Below are positions 49,745 through 63,664 of a stretch of DNA of 64,000 nucleotides, piece after piece. The notes under the pieces are model-generated. The model ran no database searches. It was not told the DNA's origin and saw nothing but the letters and a program-made list of their open reading frames with translations. The stretch's first letter is position 1. Every line of letters starts with the position of its first letter. This DNA comes from Mobula hypostoma (Eukaryota). The stretch lies in the NCBI RefSeq assembly GCF_963921235.1, contig NC_086118.1, forward strand, positions 19,346,001-19,410,000, given 5' to 3'. Both the position numbers and the translations under genes were made by a program.

Positions 49745-52700
49745 TTTCTTCCTCTGGATGTTAGATTTTTTTCACTACTGATTTATCACATAGATTCCCA
49801 CTTGTTTTTTTCTCTCTCTCCTCCCTGTACTCTCTGCATCTATAAGAATTTCATCCTTTGCACAATTTTTTTGTGAAAATTTAATGATCGGAAATCTTGA
49901 CATTCTTCCTTCTGCTGCCTGCCTGGCAGATGAACCGGTGAGTGTTTACACCGTCTTCTGTCTAGAAAGTTGCAAAGTGAATCATACTTTCCAGCTTGGA
50001 CTTTCCTGAGAATTGTCACTAGATTTAAGTGCAGCTACTATCATCTCTCTCTATAACCATGTAGAGTTTGGGATTCACACACAAGTATGAATTCCATGGA
50101 TGACCTTGTTAAGGGCCCCTCTTTGTATTCTGGCATGTGATTCTTGAAAGAGTCCAGGAATGGACTGCTAAGTTCCTGTACTTATGCTTAATTCCCAAGC
50201 ATAAGTTCTGGGTAAGTGCAGGAAAGTGAGCCCATGTTAGCTGAGGCACACAGGACAACCGATGCCGGGAGTCTGGAGACCTGGTGATGATTTGGTAACT
50301 CTAATTCAAGAGAAAGTAATACTTGTGTGAGAGAGGTAAGTTCAGACCATTTATTGCCTTTGAATTAAATAAATTTAAATGTGTTTGATTATTTTAAGGT
50401 GTTTTCTAGTGTTTGCATCCTAATGTTATATTTTGATATATTTTATTTAACATTTTTGTTTAATTACATGTTTAATTGTTAAGAACATAATAGAAGTAGG
50501 AGGTAGTATTCCTGCTGTGCCATTCAGTAAAATCATGCCTAGTCTTTTAACTCTGTTTGATTTCACTGCATTAACCCCATATTCCTTGATTCTTTTAAAA
50601 TCAAAAATGTTAGCTGTATCTGACTTCAATATATTCAGCGATTGAGTCTTTATTTCCAAAGATTCACTATGCTCCATGAAGAAATTTCTTCTCATCTCTG
50701 TCCTTAACGGCTGACTCTTACCTCGAGACTATGGCCTATGAGATAATCTTTTATTCATCTAAACAAGTGAGTATAGCTTTGGCCTGCCTAATATTCCTTA
50801 GTTAAAAACAGAATGGAAAACGTTTTGTATGCTTGAAAACATCAAGCTGTTTGACAGTTTTGGCAGCTGGTTCACCCCAAAGCAGTAGCTAAACCAACTG
50901 TGGAGACTGCAACAACTAGGATATGTACTCAGCAGGGCTTGGCCAATTAGCTGGAGCTGTCTCAAGGCACTGAAATGCCCAGGTGTGGGCATGGATGGAG
51001 ATAAATAATGGCTTCTCATACTAGCTTCTCAGTTCAGCACTACAAAAGTAAAATGAGCTTGGTCTATAAATACCTAATGATGAAAACCTCCAGGATAACA
51101 TGGTACAAGTACTCCTTGAATGCTGCAACGGAGTACCATCACACTTTGTGCCACTGACAGGGAAATTACATCAAGGTAAATGGTGGCCACTGGTAAATGC
51201 CCAGATGAAACTTCTCATGATGCAAAGTACCCCAGAAATGGTAATTACTGCATTTCACTTTGAAAAAAGAATCAATTGCATCATGCAGAAAAAGGAGGTT
51301 TAATGCACTTAAAATTTAATGCACAGCAATATATGTACAGAAACATAGATAAAATGCCTAACTACTTCCTATGATCCTATGCAGAAGTTATGAGCTAACA
51401 AGGTTCTTTTGATTGGCAGAAAAAAACAATTAAAAAAAAGTTTAAAAAGGGTTTCCAAACGAAAAGGGAGAAGTTATTTTCATGGTGTATGGAAGGCACA
51501 CGTTTTATGTTGTCTCATGAAGCTGGGAAGATTTTATTCAAAAGTGAATGTTAGAACATGGAACACTGTCCCAGAAGCAGCAGTGACAACAATATCCCCA
51601 ATGGTTTTTAAAAGAGATGAAACTTTGAAGAAGAAAACTTGATGAAGACTTGGATGCAGTGCATTCGCATACAAAGGAATGATTTTTATTTTTTTTTACA
51701 AAGAGCCAGTCAGATGGGCTAGGTGGGTTTCTTCTGTGCTGGAGCAGATATTCCTTTGAGCAGATATTCCTAGGAGGCCCAGATCAGGTTCTATTTCATC
51801 AGCATCTAGCAACAACATATAGATTAGAGAATTGGCCCTGCATAGACCATCCATGGAAATAGCTTCTCCCTTGTAATTTGGAATACCATTTTGAACTCGT
51901 TTTTTTGAAAGTCTTTCTGCCAGTCAAAACCTCAGTTCTCTTGCGAGCTCATTGGAACAAATCAGGGAAGCTGAAAGCAATATCAATGCTCCCTGGTGCA
52001 GCTTGACGAACAGAGATGGTTGAATAACCAGAATTAATCTGTTGACAGAAGAACAACTATACACACTGTTTCTCAACAAAATCTTTCTGTAAATCTGATA
52101 CTTTAATGACTTATCCACTGCAATAAAGCTATCGCTTGATAGCACTTGCTCCACCCCTTCCCTCCACCTTTCTATACTGTCTATCTCTCTTCTTTCAACC
52201 CAGATGATGATTCCCAACCGAAAGTGCTAACAGTCCATTTCTCTCCACAGATGCTGCCTGACCTGTTGAATTGCTCCAGCATCCTGTTTGTTCTTAAGAC
52301 AAACTGTTCAATTAGGACCACTTCATGGTTAGGCTGCATATGACAGAAATGTCACTCAGTCTTTTCTTCTGAGGACTCTGACCAGGACACATGGAGTTAG
52401 GAATCAGATTCTAAAGTGAGCACAGGAAGAATTTTTTAAGTTCATATTTGGCCATCTCTGCATGTGCCTGGAAGAGACCCCGATAACTTTAATAGTTTCC
52501 CATACTCTGTGGGAACACTGCACTGTAAATTTGGTTAATGCTCAATATGGGCTGATAAATTAGACGTAAAAGATCTTATAGTTAGACTCCTTCTCTTGCC
52601 AATAATGGTTTTAAAGGTAAAATACCTACTGAAATTTTTCCACGACTGAAAGCAGAAACATCAGCATCAGAAATCCATTACAGGGACATTTTCGATCTGG

Positions 52701-54439
52701 GAAGAAATTTGTGCACGCAACTGTCAAAAACAACATGAGGAGATAAATGAAATAGAAGTAAATACTCTATTTTTTGTTTTTTAAAATTTCATGAATGTCG
52801 AAAGCTATCATAGAAGTAGTATACGGTACATCATAGCAAACATTGTAAAACTTCGTAATTTCTCGTAAAATTGTGTATAATTCATGTTTGATTTATGATT
52901 TTCTTGTGAAGGCTGCTTATATGCGGCTATGTACATGTGATGCTGCTGCAAGTAACCTTTTTATTGTACATGTGCATACATTTAACCTATGCCTATCTTA
53001 CTTTGAGCTTAAATTGGACTTTGAAGCCTAAAATGAAGTGCAAGCTACAAAAACTCCATGATGACTTGAATAAATTGACAATCATGACTTAAAATATGAC
53101 TGGTGGAGATGATATATCTGTAATTCCAGTGCTAAATGAACGCCTGGCAATAAAGTGCTGCAGAAACCTACGGATGGAGAGAAATGATTGCCCACGCCGA
53201 ACGGCAAGGCAGCTGAATGAATGAATGAATGAGAAACCTGTCACTTCTACATAGCTGGTACTTCTGGAACTTTAAGCATCATGGCACCATTCAATTAAAA
53301 GGAATCGTTTTGCTAAAGGCAGAGTCAAGTTTACAAGTTTATGATGTTTTTGGCCATTTAGTGCCATCTTCAAAGAGTGCTTAATTGCAAATCACGTCAT
53401 AATTTAAAACCACTCATAAGATGGAAATCCGCCTTTTAAATCTGACACTATTGTGTTCCTTGGCCTGGAGATATGTTTAGAAGAAGACAGACGTGAGAAA
53501 TCAATTGGTTTGAACTGAAAAAGCAGGCACCAATCCTGTGTCACAGTGAATCCCATTTTTATTTATTTGTTTGTTTCTTTTCAAATACAGCACAGCAGCA
53601 GGCCCCTCTAAACAACTGAGCCCATGCCATCCAATGACTGTACACCCATGCCATCCAATTACGCCCATGTGGACAATTAACCTACTAACTCATAATCTGT
53701 GGAATGTGGGAGGAATCCGGAGCAACTGGAGGAAAGCCAGTAGTCGGGGGAGAATGTACGAACTCTTGACAGCTGTAGAATTGAACCCAGGTAATACCAT
53801 CACGCTAACCACTATGCTACCATACCCACCCGGTAAACTACAGTTTCTACAACTTTCAATTTACTAACATCAATTGAGACAAAGATGTCTGCCATTGCAT
53901 CATTAAACTATTTTCAACCACACTGCAGATATAATGATTGCATTCAAATTAACATTGGAATACAACTTGCTATCCCAGGTTATTTTGTTCTTCAGTATCT
54001 TGGGAAGGCAAAGTGGGTAAGAAGGAAAGACCTTCCAAAAACCATCAATCATCAAGAGAAATGCAAGCATCCGGTCTGCCATGTGATTAGATGAAGCTAA
54101 CCCGTGCTGTGCAATGTCAGCACTGACACATTTTTAAATTGCCTGAAGCCACTGATGCTTAAAAATTGTTTATTGGCTGTTGAGAGAAACAATCAACTGC
54201 AGCTTTAAATATTTATTGATGACCGGATTTCCATAAATTTCAAATGCCTCACGGAAGGATTCTTTGAAAAATCTTGGAAGTCCTAATTTAAGCAGATGTA
54301 TAATTAAAATATAATATTCTCTGACTTCTTAAATTGAAAATGTTAGAAACAGTGGATTTTGGTGTTACAAATAAAGTTAATACTATTCATTTTCTGCCAA
54401 ATCTAACAAATCCCAGTTCACAGAAAATAAAATGCTTTA

Positions 54440-54785
54440 TGGTGCCAAGTCATTGTACAGGATAGAGGCATAACTAAAATCCGCGTTCAAATTCCACTGC
54501 TGTATACTAAAAATTAAATCCAGTTAATTCAACAAATCAAGATCATTTTTTAAAAACCACTAGCATTTTTGATGGTGCCTGTGAATATAATAAGTTGTTT
54601 TACAAATCTATGATTCAGTAATGTCCTTTAGGGAAGGCGATGCAGCATTTAACTCAGCCAATCCGGTTTGTAACTCCAGATCCACAACAATGCTGTTGAA
54701 TCGTATATGCCCTTGCAGCACATGAACAATTATGTCTGGCCATAAATACTTGCTATGTTGTCAATGTCACATTAGGTGAAGAATT
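54440..54785 (+). mobile_element. Old SINE-like repeat
   Basis: B-box-like 'gcgttcaaattccac' and 'taatgtcctttagggaagg..actccagatccacaacaatg', motifs I recognise from shark and ray repeats. Confidence 0.45.
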
Positions 54786-55789
54786 AAACTGAGTTGAGAT
54801 CAGTGCCTACATAAGGCACATGAAATTCAAGATTGGAGGACTTCTTTTCCATGTTGTTTTGGTATCTTGAAGGGTGGACTACAGTACCTGCTGTAAATCT
54901 CGGTCCAACCAATCTGAAGCAAAAATTTAATCTGGCATTTTAAACCGGTAACTAAAAGTGTGTGTGGGGGGTAGTTTTACCATCTGATATTCTGCCCATT
55001 GGGTTCAAGCTACTGAAGAACTCAAATCTCTAATGTACAGAGGTATTATAAGTAGGAGAAATAGAGCATGAAACTTAATTGTATCATCAAGTATTACTAC
55101 AGAGAATTTCATGTCAAAGGCAAACTGTATTAATAGAAGCCCCAGCTTTCATAGCCTGGTGTAAAACAACAAACCTGTCAGGTATGCACAGAAGATCACA
55201 TGACAACATTCAAGAAAAGCATGGTTCTTCTCTTGAGGACTTGACCAATATTCATCTCTTAACCAACAGATAATCTGGTCATTGAGTTCTCTGCTTTTTA
55301 CGTGACCAACTGGTGACCATATGTTTTGCTATATGTTGCAGGTATATGAGAGACTGCAACATCACATGTCTTTCACTCTTATGAATTGCTAAATTGTATT
55401 GATTTTAGCACATGTAACTCTTTATCAAACCTGAGATAGGATAAAAAATGGAGAGAAGACTTCTGCATCCAAATGCCTGAGAGAAGAAATCTAAGTATCA
55501 GCATTTAGATTCAGATTTAATTAATTGATTTATCACATGTATATCAAGACATACAGTGAATGTGTCATTCGAGTTAGGAACCGACACTACCTAAAGATGT
55601 GCTGGGGACAGCCTGCAAGTGTTACAACACATTCTAGTGCTAACACAGCAGGCCCACAATGTTCAGCAGGAAAACAGCCACAAAATAACAGCAGAACAAG
55701 CTCATTCACACACACACACACAGACAGTCCTCCCACTCCAGGAAAGGCTGGTCATCCAGACTCTATTGGATTCTGTGTCCTGAACACAT

Positions 55790-58690
55790 TTCAGTAAATA
55801 ACATCACTTGGCTGTCTTGCATTAAGCCAGAAGCTAAAGAGCAACACTCCAGAGATGAGGACAACAGAGAGGTGGTCATAGAGGGCAAAGGAGAGGCTAT
55901 GGGATTGATTTGAGTCAATGGACTGAGCTGCGTTCGAGAACTCATCTGTGGATCTGAATGAATACACCATGGTTGTCACAGACTTCATTAAAACAGCTGT
56001 AGATGATTGCGTCCCCACAAAATCATTCTGTCTTCCTGCAATCAGAAGCCCCGGATGAACTATGAGATCCACAGTCTGCTGAGAGCCAGATCAGAGACAT
56101 TCAAATCTGGTGACCAAGAGAGTTACAAGAGATCCAGGAACGATCTCTGGAAAGCCTGCTCGTGAGTGAAGTGACAATCCTGGACCAAACTTGAAACAGC
56201 AAAAAATGCTCGAGAGCTGCGGCAGGTCTTGAATACTATCACCACAAACTGTGGCGGCTCAGCATGACATCTAAAACTATAGATGAGTAGCCAAGAGACA
56301 CAGGAGATAGCAGGATTTCACAACAGATGAGCTTAATGCCTTCTATTCTTGCTTTGACCATGAAAACCTGGAGGAACTATCACAAACTCACACATTCCCT
56401 GATGATCCTACTATTTCAGTCTCTGAAGACGATGTGTGAGCAGACTACAGGAGGGTTAACCCACAAAAAGCATCTAGTCTAGATGGGGTATCTGGCCAAA
56501 TATGAAAGACCTGTGCTGATCAACTGGCTGGAGCTTTCACTGAGATCTTTAGCCAGTGTGTGAGCATGTGGCCTGCCTCAGTAACTATCACCCAGTAGCA
56601 CTTGTAACAGAATCAGAGACAGATTTAACTTGTTAACTTTACATCCACAGTTAAGTGTTTTACAAGGTTGGCAATGAAATATATCAGCTCGTGCCTGAGA
56701 AGTGACTTAGGTTCACAGCAATTTGCCTACTGGAGCAACAGGTCCACAGTAGATGCCACCTTATTGGCTCTTCACTCAACTCTGGAACATCCAAACAGCA
56801 AAGATGCATGTATCAGCATGCTCTTCATCAACTACAGCTCAGCATTGAATACCATCATCTCCCCAAAACTAATCAGTGAACTCTAAGTCCTTGGCTTTGA
56901 TACCTACTTGTGCAGCTGGGTCTTGGATTTCCTCACTTTCAGACCCCAGTCAGTCTGGATTGCCAACAACGTCTCCTCCACCATCTCCATCAGCACAGGT
57001 GCACCACCTAGCTGTGTGCTTAGCCCCTGCTCTGCTCACTTTACACTGATGACTATGTGGCTCTCCGTAGCTCCATTGCCATATTCAAGTTTGCTGATGC
57101 CACCACAGTGGCATGACCAAATCAAAGGTGGTAATGAATTAGTACAAAGGAGGATGATTGAAAATATGGCTGAGTGGTGCCACAACGATAACCTCTTACT
57201 CAATGTCAGCAAGACCAGCAGCTGATTATTGACCTCAGGAGAAGGAAACGAGAGGTCCATGAACTAGTCCTCATCCAAGGGTAACTAGTTGTTATTATTT
57301 TGGAGAACCTGTCCTGGGCCTAGCATGTAAGTACAATTATGAAGAAAGCATGACAATGACTCTACTTCCTCATGAGTTTGTGGAGGCTCAGCATGACATA
57401 TAAAACTATAGATGAGTAGCCAAGAGTATACTGACTGGCTGCATCACAGTCTGGTATGGAAACCCCAAAACCTTTGAATAGAAAATTGTACAAAATATAG
57501 TGGATACGGCACAATCCATCACAGGTAAGGCCCTCCCGATCATTTAGCACATCTATGTGAAATACTGTCGCAGGAAGGCAGCATCCATCATCAGGGACAC
57601 CCACCACCCAGGCCATGCTCTCTTCTCACTGCCGCCTTCAGGAAGAAGGTACAGGAGCCTCAGGACTCACACCGCCAGAAGCAGGAACAGTTATTACCCC
57701 TCAACCATCAGAGATAACTTTACTCAACTTCACCTGCCCCATCATTGAAATGTTTCCACAATTAGTGGACTCACTTTCAAGGTCTCTTCATCTCATGCTT
57801 TTGATATTTATTGCTTATTTATTTATTATTAGGAGGAGGGAGGAGAAGATGGTGGCACGAAACAGCGCGTGTGGCAGTTCGGGATTGATATCGTATCTGT
57901 GAAGTAGGACGCCGTGCACAATCCTGATTTGATAGAGACAGAAGTGAAGAAGCACGGAGGAACATCTGGAGTAACTTCTGAAATGCTTGCTTTGCTGCCG
58001 CTACTACTGCGCGATCGAGAACCTCCGGAGGGAAGGCCCCAAATCCTCAGCCTTGCGTATCCCCTGTTGCCGGGGCTCGGGTCGAAATGCTCGGCAGAGA
58101 TGGTGCTCGGTGCATCGGTGTTGGGGAGCTGGTCGGAGGCTCGGAGTTTTCGGATGGACCGGAGTCGGACTATGGTCGGATGCTTCCAGGATGCTGCATT
58201 GGCAAGTTTGTGGCACTGGAGGTTTACCATCTATGTGAGATGATGGGACTTTCAAGAGACTTTGAAATTTTACCGTGCCCATGGTCTGTTCTTATTAAAT
58301 TACGGTATTGCTTTGCACTGTCGTAACTATATGTTATAATTATGTGGTTTTTGTCAGTTTTTCAGTCTTGGTTTGTCATGTGTCTCTGTGATATCATTCT
58401 GGAAAATCAATGTATCATTTCTTAATGCATGCATTACTAAATGACAATAAAAGAGGACTGCATAATCTAATATAATCTAATTATTATTATTTCTTCTTTT
58501 GTATCTGCAAATTTGGTTGTCTTCTGCACTCTGGTTGAATGCCTTTGTTGGATGGTCTTACACGATTCTGTTATGGTTCTTATTCTATAGACTTCTTGAG
58601 AATGCCTGCAAGAAAATGAATCTCAGTGTTTTATTTGGTGACATACATGAACATTGAAAATAAGTTTACTTTGAACTTTGAACTTTGATA
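55790..58690 (+). mobile_element. Rex/Babar LINE, degraded, interrupted at 57831-58480
   Basis: 'QQFAYWSNRSTVDA..ISMLFINYSSALNTI', '[13 protein letters not shown]', 'IIRDTHHPGHALFSLPPSGRRYR'; (GAACTTT)n tail at 58670-58688. Confidence 0.88.
57831..58480 (+). mobile_element. Young CpG-rich non-autonomous retroposon
   Basis: Starts 'ggagaagatggtggcacg', ends AATAAA plus a 'taatctaa' tail; flanked by ttattatt on both sides. Confidence 0.65.
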
Positions 58691-58754
58691 TTAGCCTCCA
58701 TTTTCTCCAGTGAACACACAGATCCAAGGCTTTGGCCACTTTGGCTTCCGAATT

Positions 58755-59505
58755 TCAATAGGTTCAATAGATTCAATAGGGGCATTTAATGTCAGAGAAA
58801 TGTATAGGATATAACTACTGAAATTCTTTTACTTCACAAACATCCACAAAAACAGGGGAGTGCCCCAAAGACTGAATGACAGTTAACTGTTAGAACCAAA
58901 AGCCCCCCAAATCGCCTCTCCCACATGTAAGTGGCAGCAAAGCAATGAGCCCCCTCACCCCCCACCAGCAAAAAAGCATTAGCATCACTCACCAAGCACT
59001 CAAGTGTGCAGCAAAGCATCGATAAAGACACAGATTACAGTATCCCAAAGACTACTCGTTCACCTGGTAATCTGACGTACTGCAGGCTCTCTTTCTCTCC
59101 CTAATAAGAGAAAAAGAGGTCTCCCTGTTTCACAGCAAGAGGGGTTTCATAACAAAGTAATTCACTGAATTATGGTGTTAAAAGTCTGTTGCATCATTTT
59201 TTCCAAGCTCTGTGCCCAAAGAACTCGGGTCTTTGGGCACACACCCAGCAGCCAGCTTGCTGCTTATGATCTTCCGGCTCACACAACACATGAGGCAGCA
59301 GCACAGGCCTTGAATCCACCTGTCTCCAGAGTCACGAAAATCCAACACCCTGAAGACACACTAGTATTCCAGCCTTCCAGGTCAGGGTCTTCAAAAGACT
59401 CTTGAAAGGGAAAAAAAGAGATATCAAAGGTAGAAATAGAGTTGTTTCCAAAGATGCAAGCAAAGGAGTTGCCATTAGGCACCATCATCCCTCCTAAGCT
59501 CTGCC
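58755..59505 (-). mobile_element. Copy of the 35795-36606 retroposon family
   Basis: Reverse complement matches 'ggcaactc..tgcttgcatc..gaaacag/a' through 'tctctgacattaaatg'. Confidence 0.82.
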
Positions 59506-60403
59506 TCCAGCCATTGACCATTGGGCTTCAGACATCAGGACTCGCTGATGATGGGTCCCCCCGGACTCCAGTCTCTGGGATTTGCCGACTTGCATACAAG
59601 GGGGGTGTGGGGGGGGGTCACAGGCCCTCACACCTCCTGCCAAAACAGACCTCTGATTCCTCTGATCCCACAGGGAACTCATTGACCTTGCAGGGAGGGT
59701 AGGGGCCACCAACCTCCACCTTCTCTGGTCTTCGTCCACTGTGTTTGCCAGCCTAACACTTGTCCAAGGATGTCTTTTGTCTACATCATCGCTGGCCTTC
59801 GAACGTAGATCACAGAGCAAAGTCCGAGCTTCCAGCCTGACCTCTAACTCACCACAAACCTGTCTGTAAACAATAACCTCATCTCTAACTGCTCATTCTG
59901 CACCCAAAACCATCCTAGCAGACCTAGAAAACAAACAAAACTGAGCCATGGCCCAAATGGAGATTGCAGCTCATTGATGTTCTGCCTAAACTCTTATTCA
60001 CTGTAAAAATAATTTGTATGTATTGCACGGACTGCAGTAGCAATGCAATCTCATTGTCTTGAGCAATGACAATGAAGTTCCATTCTATGTACCATTCACT
60101 GAAACTATTCCATTCACTGAAATTATTGAGAATTTTGCAATGTATGAACTGTGAACTCTCCTGGACTTCTAATATCAGTGAGATGCACAAACTCTCAAGT
60201 TTATTGATTTTATGCAGCAACTCAATTCCTGCATGCATCCATCCCCAATTAGTGGGACAATGGTAAATCCAAGCAAAATCTGCCTCGGACTCTGTAAACT
60301 TGACTAATTTTCAATGCAACGGCAGTCATCACAGCAACTTGTGCCAAACCAAAACCATTGCTTTTCAATTACCTTTCTAGACATCTGTTGCACGTCTTGT
60401 ATC

Positions 60404-60729
60404 TGTCAGGAGACGTAAAGGAGGCTTGACCCAAAAGCAGAGCAGCAGGGATGATTTAACAGTAGACAATATTTTACTGATAAACTGCAAAGTAATGAGC
60501 CATGAGGGACCACAAAACAAGAGAGAACAGATATTTAACACAACAGGGCAACCAGATAACTGAAGGCTAGGAGCAACTGGTTGAGGCTTGTTGATTCATA
60601 TGAGTGAACAAGGATTGTGGATGCGAGCTGGGTTTAAATAGGCTGCAGGTGATGAGTTGGAAATGAGTGGCTGGTGACAATTGTTAGCTGAGTGGGGATT
60701 GGGAGTAAATTGCATATCCAGGCCTGACA
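60404..60729 (-). repeat. 3' LTR of a chromodomain Gypsy element
   Basis: Inverted termini TGTCAGG...CCTGACA; adjacent PPT-like 'aggggacattcc' on the minus strand. Confidence 0.8.
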
Positions 60730-61109
60730 GGAATGTCCCCTATGAGTGGCCCATGTCAGCCCAGGATAATCCGGATATGTCCAGTGGAACTCCTCGATGA
60801 GTGATGGATCCAAAATGTAACTACACAGCAAACAAAATCTCTTCTCTGGGCCATAGAGCTACTGCAGACCCTGTGATTCCATCAATCGGTGAGCCGTGTA
60901 CACTGAACCACCTTCCATCATCTTAGGTTCTAGAAATGCAGGCTCAGGTGGACTCAGTTGTCTGTGGACAAAGGGCTAGAGGAAGGATACAAGGAAGGTA
61001 AGTGTGATCCTGAAGGATGGTGGAAGTTGGAGACAGTAAGTACTTAAAGTGTCATAAGTGGTTGAGGGGGCATCTCACTGGCTGGGCAAGTGAATGGAGC
61101 TATCCCCTT

Positions 61110-61770
61110 TAGTTCAAGTGCCTGATGGTTGAGGGGTAGTAACTGTTCTTGAACACGGAGGTGCAAGTCCTGAGGCTTTTGCACCTTCTACCCAATGGCA
61201 GCAACAAGAGAAAGAGCATGGCCTGAGTTGTGAGGGTCTCTGATGATGGATGCTGCTTTCCTACAATAAAGTTTTATGTAGATGTGCTCAAGGGTTGGGA
61301 GGACTTTACCCATGATGTACTGGGCCAAATCCACTACCTTCTGTAGGATTATCTATTCAAACATATTGGTGTTTCCATACCAGGCCAAGATGCAGCCAGT
61401 CAACACAATCTACAGTATACAGCTATAAAAGTTTATCAAAGTTTTTGCTGTCATGTCTAATCTCTGCAGACTCCTAAGGAAGAGGCGCTGCCATGCTTTC
61501 TTCATAATAGCATTTACATGCTGAGACCAGGACAGGTCCTTTGAAACAGTGACACCAAGGAATTTAAAGTTGCTAACACTTTCCACTTCTAATCATCCAA
61601 TGAGGATTGCACGTCTGGTCCCGTCTCCTGAGCAGTAATTGATAAGGAGCATCCTGATGCATGCATCTTTGCTGTCCAGATGTTCCAGGATTGTGTGAAG
61701 AGCCAATAAGATGGCATCTCCTGTGGACCTGTTGCTTCGGTAGACAAATTGGAGCAGATCCAAGTCACCA
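61110..61770 (-). mobile_element. Rex/Babar LINE fragment inserted in the chromovirus
   Basis: 'LQFVYRSNRSTGDAILLALHTILEHLDSKDACIRMLLINY'; colinear with 56700-57700. Confidence 0.85.
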
Positions 61771-63664
61771 CCCAAGTTTCAGCACCAGCTTCTGTTCAGA
61801 TCTCAGGTGGACCGCCAGACATAATACCCATGTTAGAGTAGTCTGGCTGAGCACAACAGTGGTTAGTCTGGAGGCAGTAGCTTGGATGGCTGTTAGGATG
61901 ACCCACTGTGCATTCTTCCGAGCATTCCAGCATCAGGGACCCTGGGCCCTGGCAGACAGGAACTCCACTATTGGCTCCTCCATTGGTAAACATGAAGCAC
62001 TTCAAAGGGTGACATTCCTGTGGCAGAAGAGGCGTGTAGATTATGGAACAGTTCAGCCCAGAGCAGGTATTTTTTCCAGGTGAAAGGATTAGAGGCGTCA
62101 AAGCATCACTGAAACTCCACCTGTTGATTTGTTCTTTCTGCAGATTATCACCAGAGGACAAACTCACTGAGGCTGGATCGGTAGGAAATGATGAAGTTGA
62201 GTTGCTCAATTAGGAGCCTGACGTTGGTTGAATTGGCAGATCTGTTGAATGGATATAAGGTTCTGGTGGTCCGTCCCAATCAGGAAGGACTCGGTGTTTC
62301 ACATCAGACAAAGTCTCCATTCCTCCAAGGCCCATCTAATGGTGAGTAGCTCCCTGAATCCTACTCCATAATGGCACTGTGTATTGTTCATCTTGAGCAA
62401 GAAGAAGGCATAAGGGTTTGCCTTCCCATCCAGTTCTCACTCAGAGAGGATGGTCCCCGTGCTCACATCATGTAGCTGGTGAGGTAGGTGAGAGGAGTGG
62501 CGATGTGACTGTAGTTCCTGATGAAATGGTGGTAGAAGTTCGAGAAGCCCAGGAAGCACTGAAGGTGTTTGAGGGGGCGCGCGGTCAGAGCCGTTTAACG
62601 ATAATGTGCACTTTCTCTGGGTCTACGGTTATACTTTAGGCTGAAAGGACATAACCATAGAAAGAAATGACTGTGGTGTACAACTGGCACTTTTTTAACT
62701 TGCCCTACAGCTGGTTCTTGAGGAGACACTGAAGGACTGAACAGATGTGGCAAATGTGTTCTTGGGGGTTCTTAGAGAAAGTGAGGATGTCGACGAGGTA
62801 GACAAACACATACCTGGGTAAAATGTCTAGCAGGATCTTATTGGTGAAGGTTTGGAAAATAGCTGGATGGTTGGAAAGCCTAATGAGGATCACCAGTGGG
62901 TTATGGCCTGTAGTGGCCAGAGGGTATTATGGACACCGTCTTCCACTTATGCCCCTGGCGGATGTGCATCAGGTTGTATGTTCTCTTTGGTGAAGCTCTG
63001 GGCCCTGTGAAGTGTTTTGAATGCACTATCCATCAAGAGAAGAGGGCCGCGTTTCTTAATTGTGATTTGTTGAGTCCACGATAGTTAATACAGGGAAGAA
63101 GACTCCCCACCTCCCATCTTTCTTCTTTCTTTTTGACAGATGAAATACCTAAACTGGCTGAGGAACAGGGTGGTCAAATAAAGCCATGCCGTAGCTCTTC
63201 GGTGATGTAGTCGGTCGTGGCTTCAGTCTTAGGAGGGGAGAGGAAGATCAGAAAAATTCAGGGAAGGATGGTGCCCGGGAGGAGGTTGATTGTGCAGTCT
63301 TGTGGTCTACGAGGCAGCAGGTTGCTGGCTTGCACTTTACTGAAGATGATGGCTCCATCATAGTATTCCTGTGAAGGTTGGGTAAGGTTGAGAGTTTCCT
63401 TCATCTCCATGGATTTACGGGTGAAGTCAACTGTGGTTGCAGGCAAGTGGGTCCCCAAAGGTTCCTTGCGGGAATGGGACCAACTCTCGGGATTCCACAA
63501 CTGGCCATTGTTGTTCGGCATGCCAAAGGCTTGGCCTAAGAGTCCAGCTCATATTTGGAAGTCTGGGATCTCGGGGCTCTGGAGATGGGTGGATCAAGGG
63601 TCGGTGTCACAACAGGAGACCCATAAGTCATCAGGGGAGTCAGAATATCTGCACCTGTGTGTCC

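Larger units (their letters stand above)
60404..63660 (-). mobile_element. Chromoviral (Sushi-like) Gypsy element, degraded pol
   Basis: RT 'LLPRRPQDCTINLLPG' and 'PAIFQTFTNKILLDILPRYVFVYLVDILTFSK..EHICH' (YLDD>YLVD); integrase zinc-finger remnant 'VGHP'; chromodomain 'YGPEKR..YILDPSLIEEFH' near 60760-60900. Confidence 0.85.

Noticed and set aside
57829..58326. Cluster of overlapping ORFs and CpG richness suggesting a promoter or first exon
   Set aside because: Lies in a tailed insertion within a LINE 3' end; no recognisable protein.
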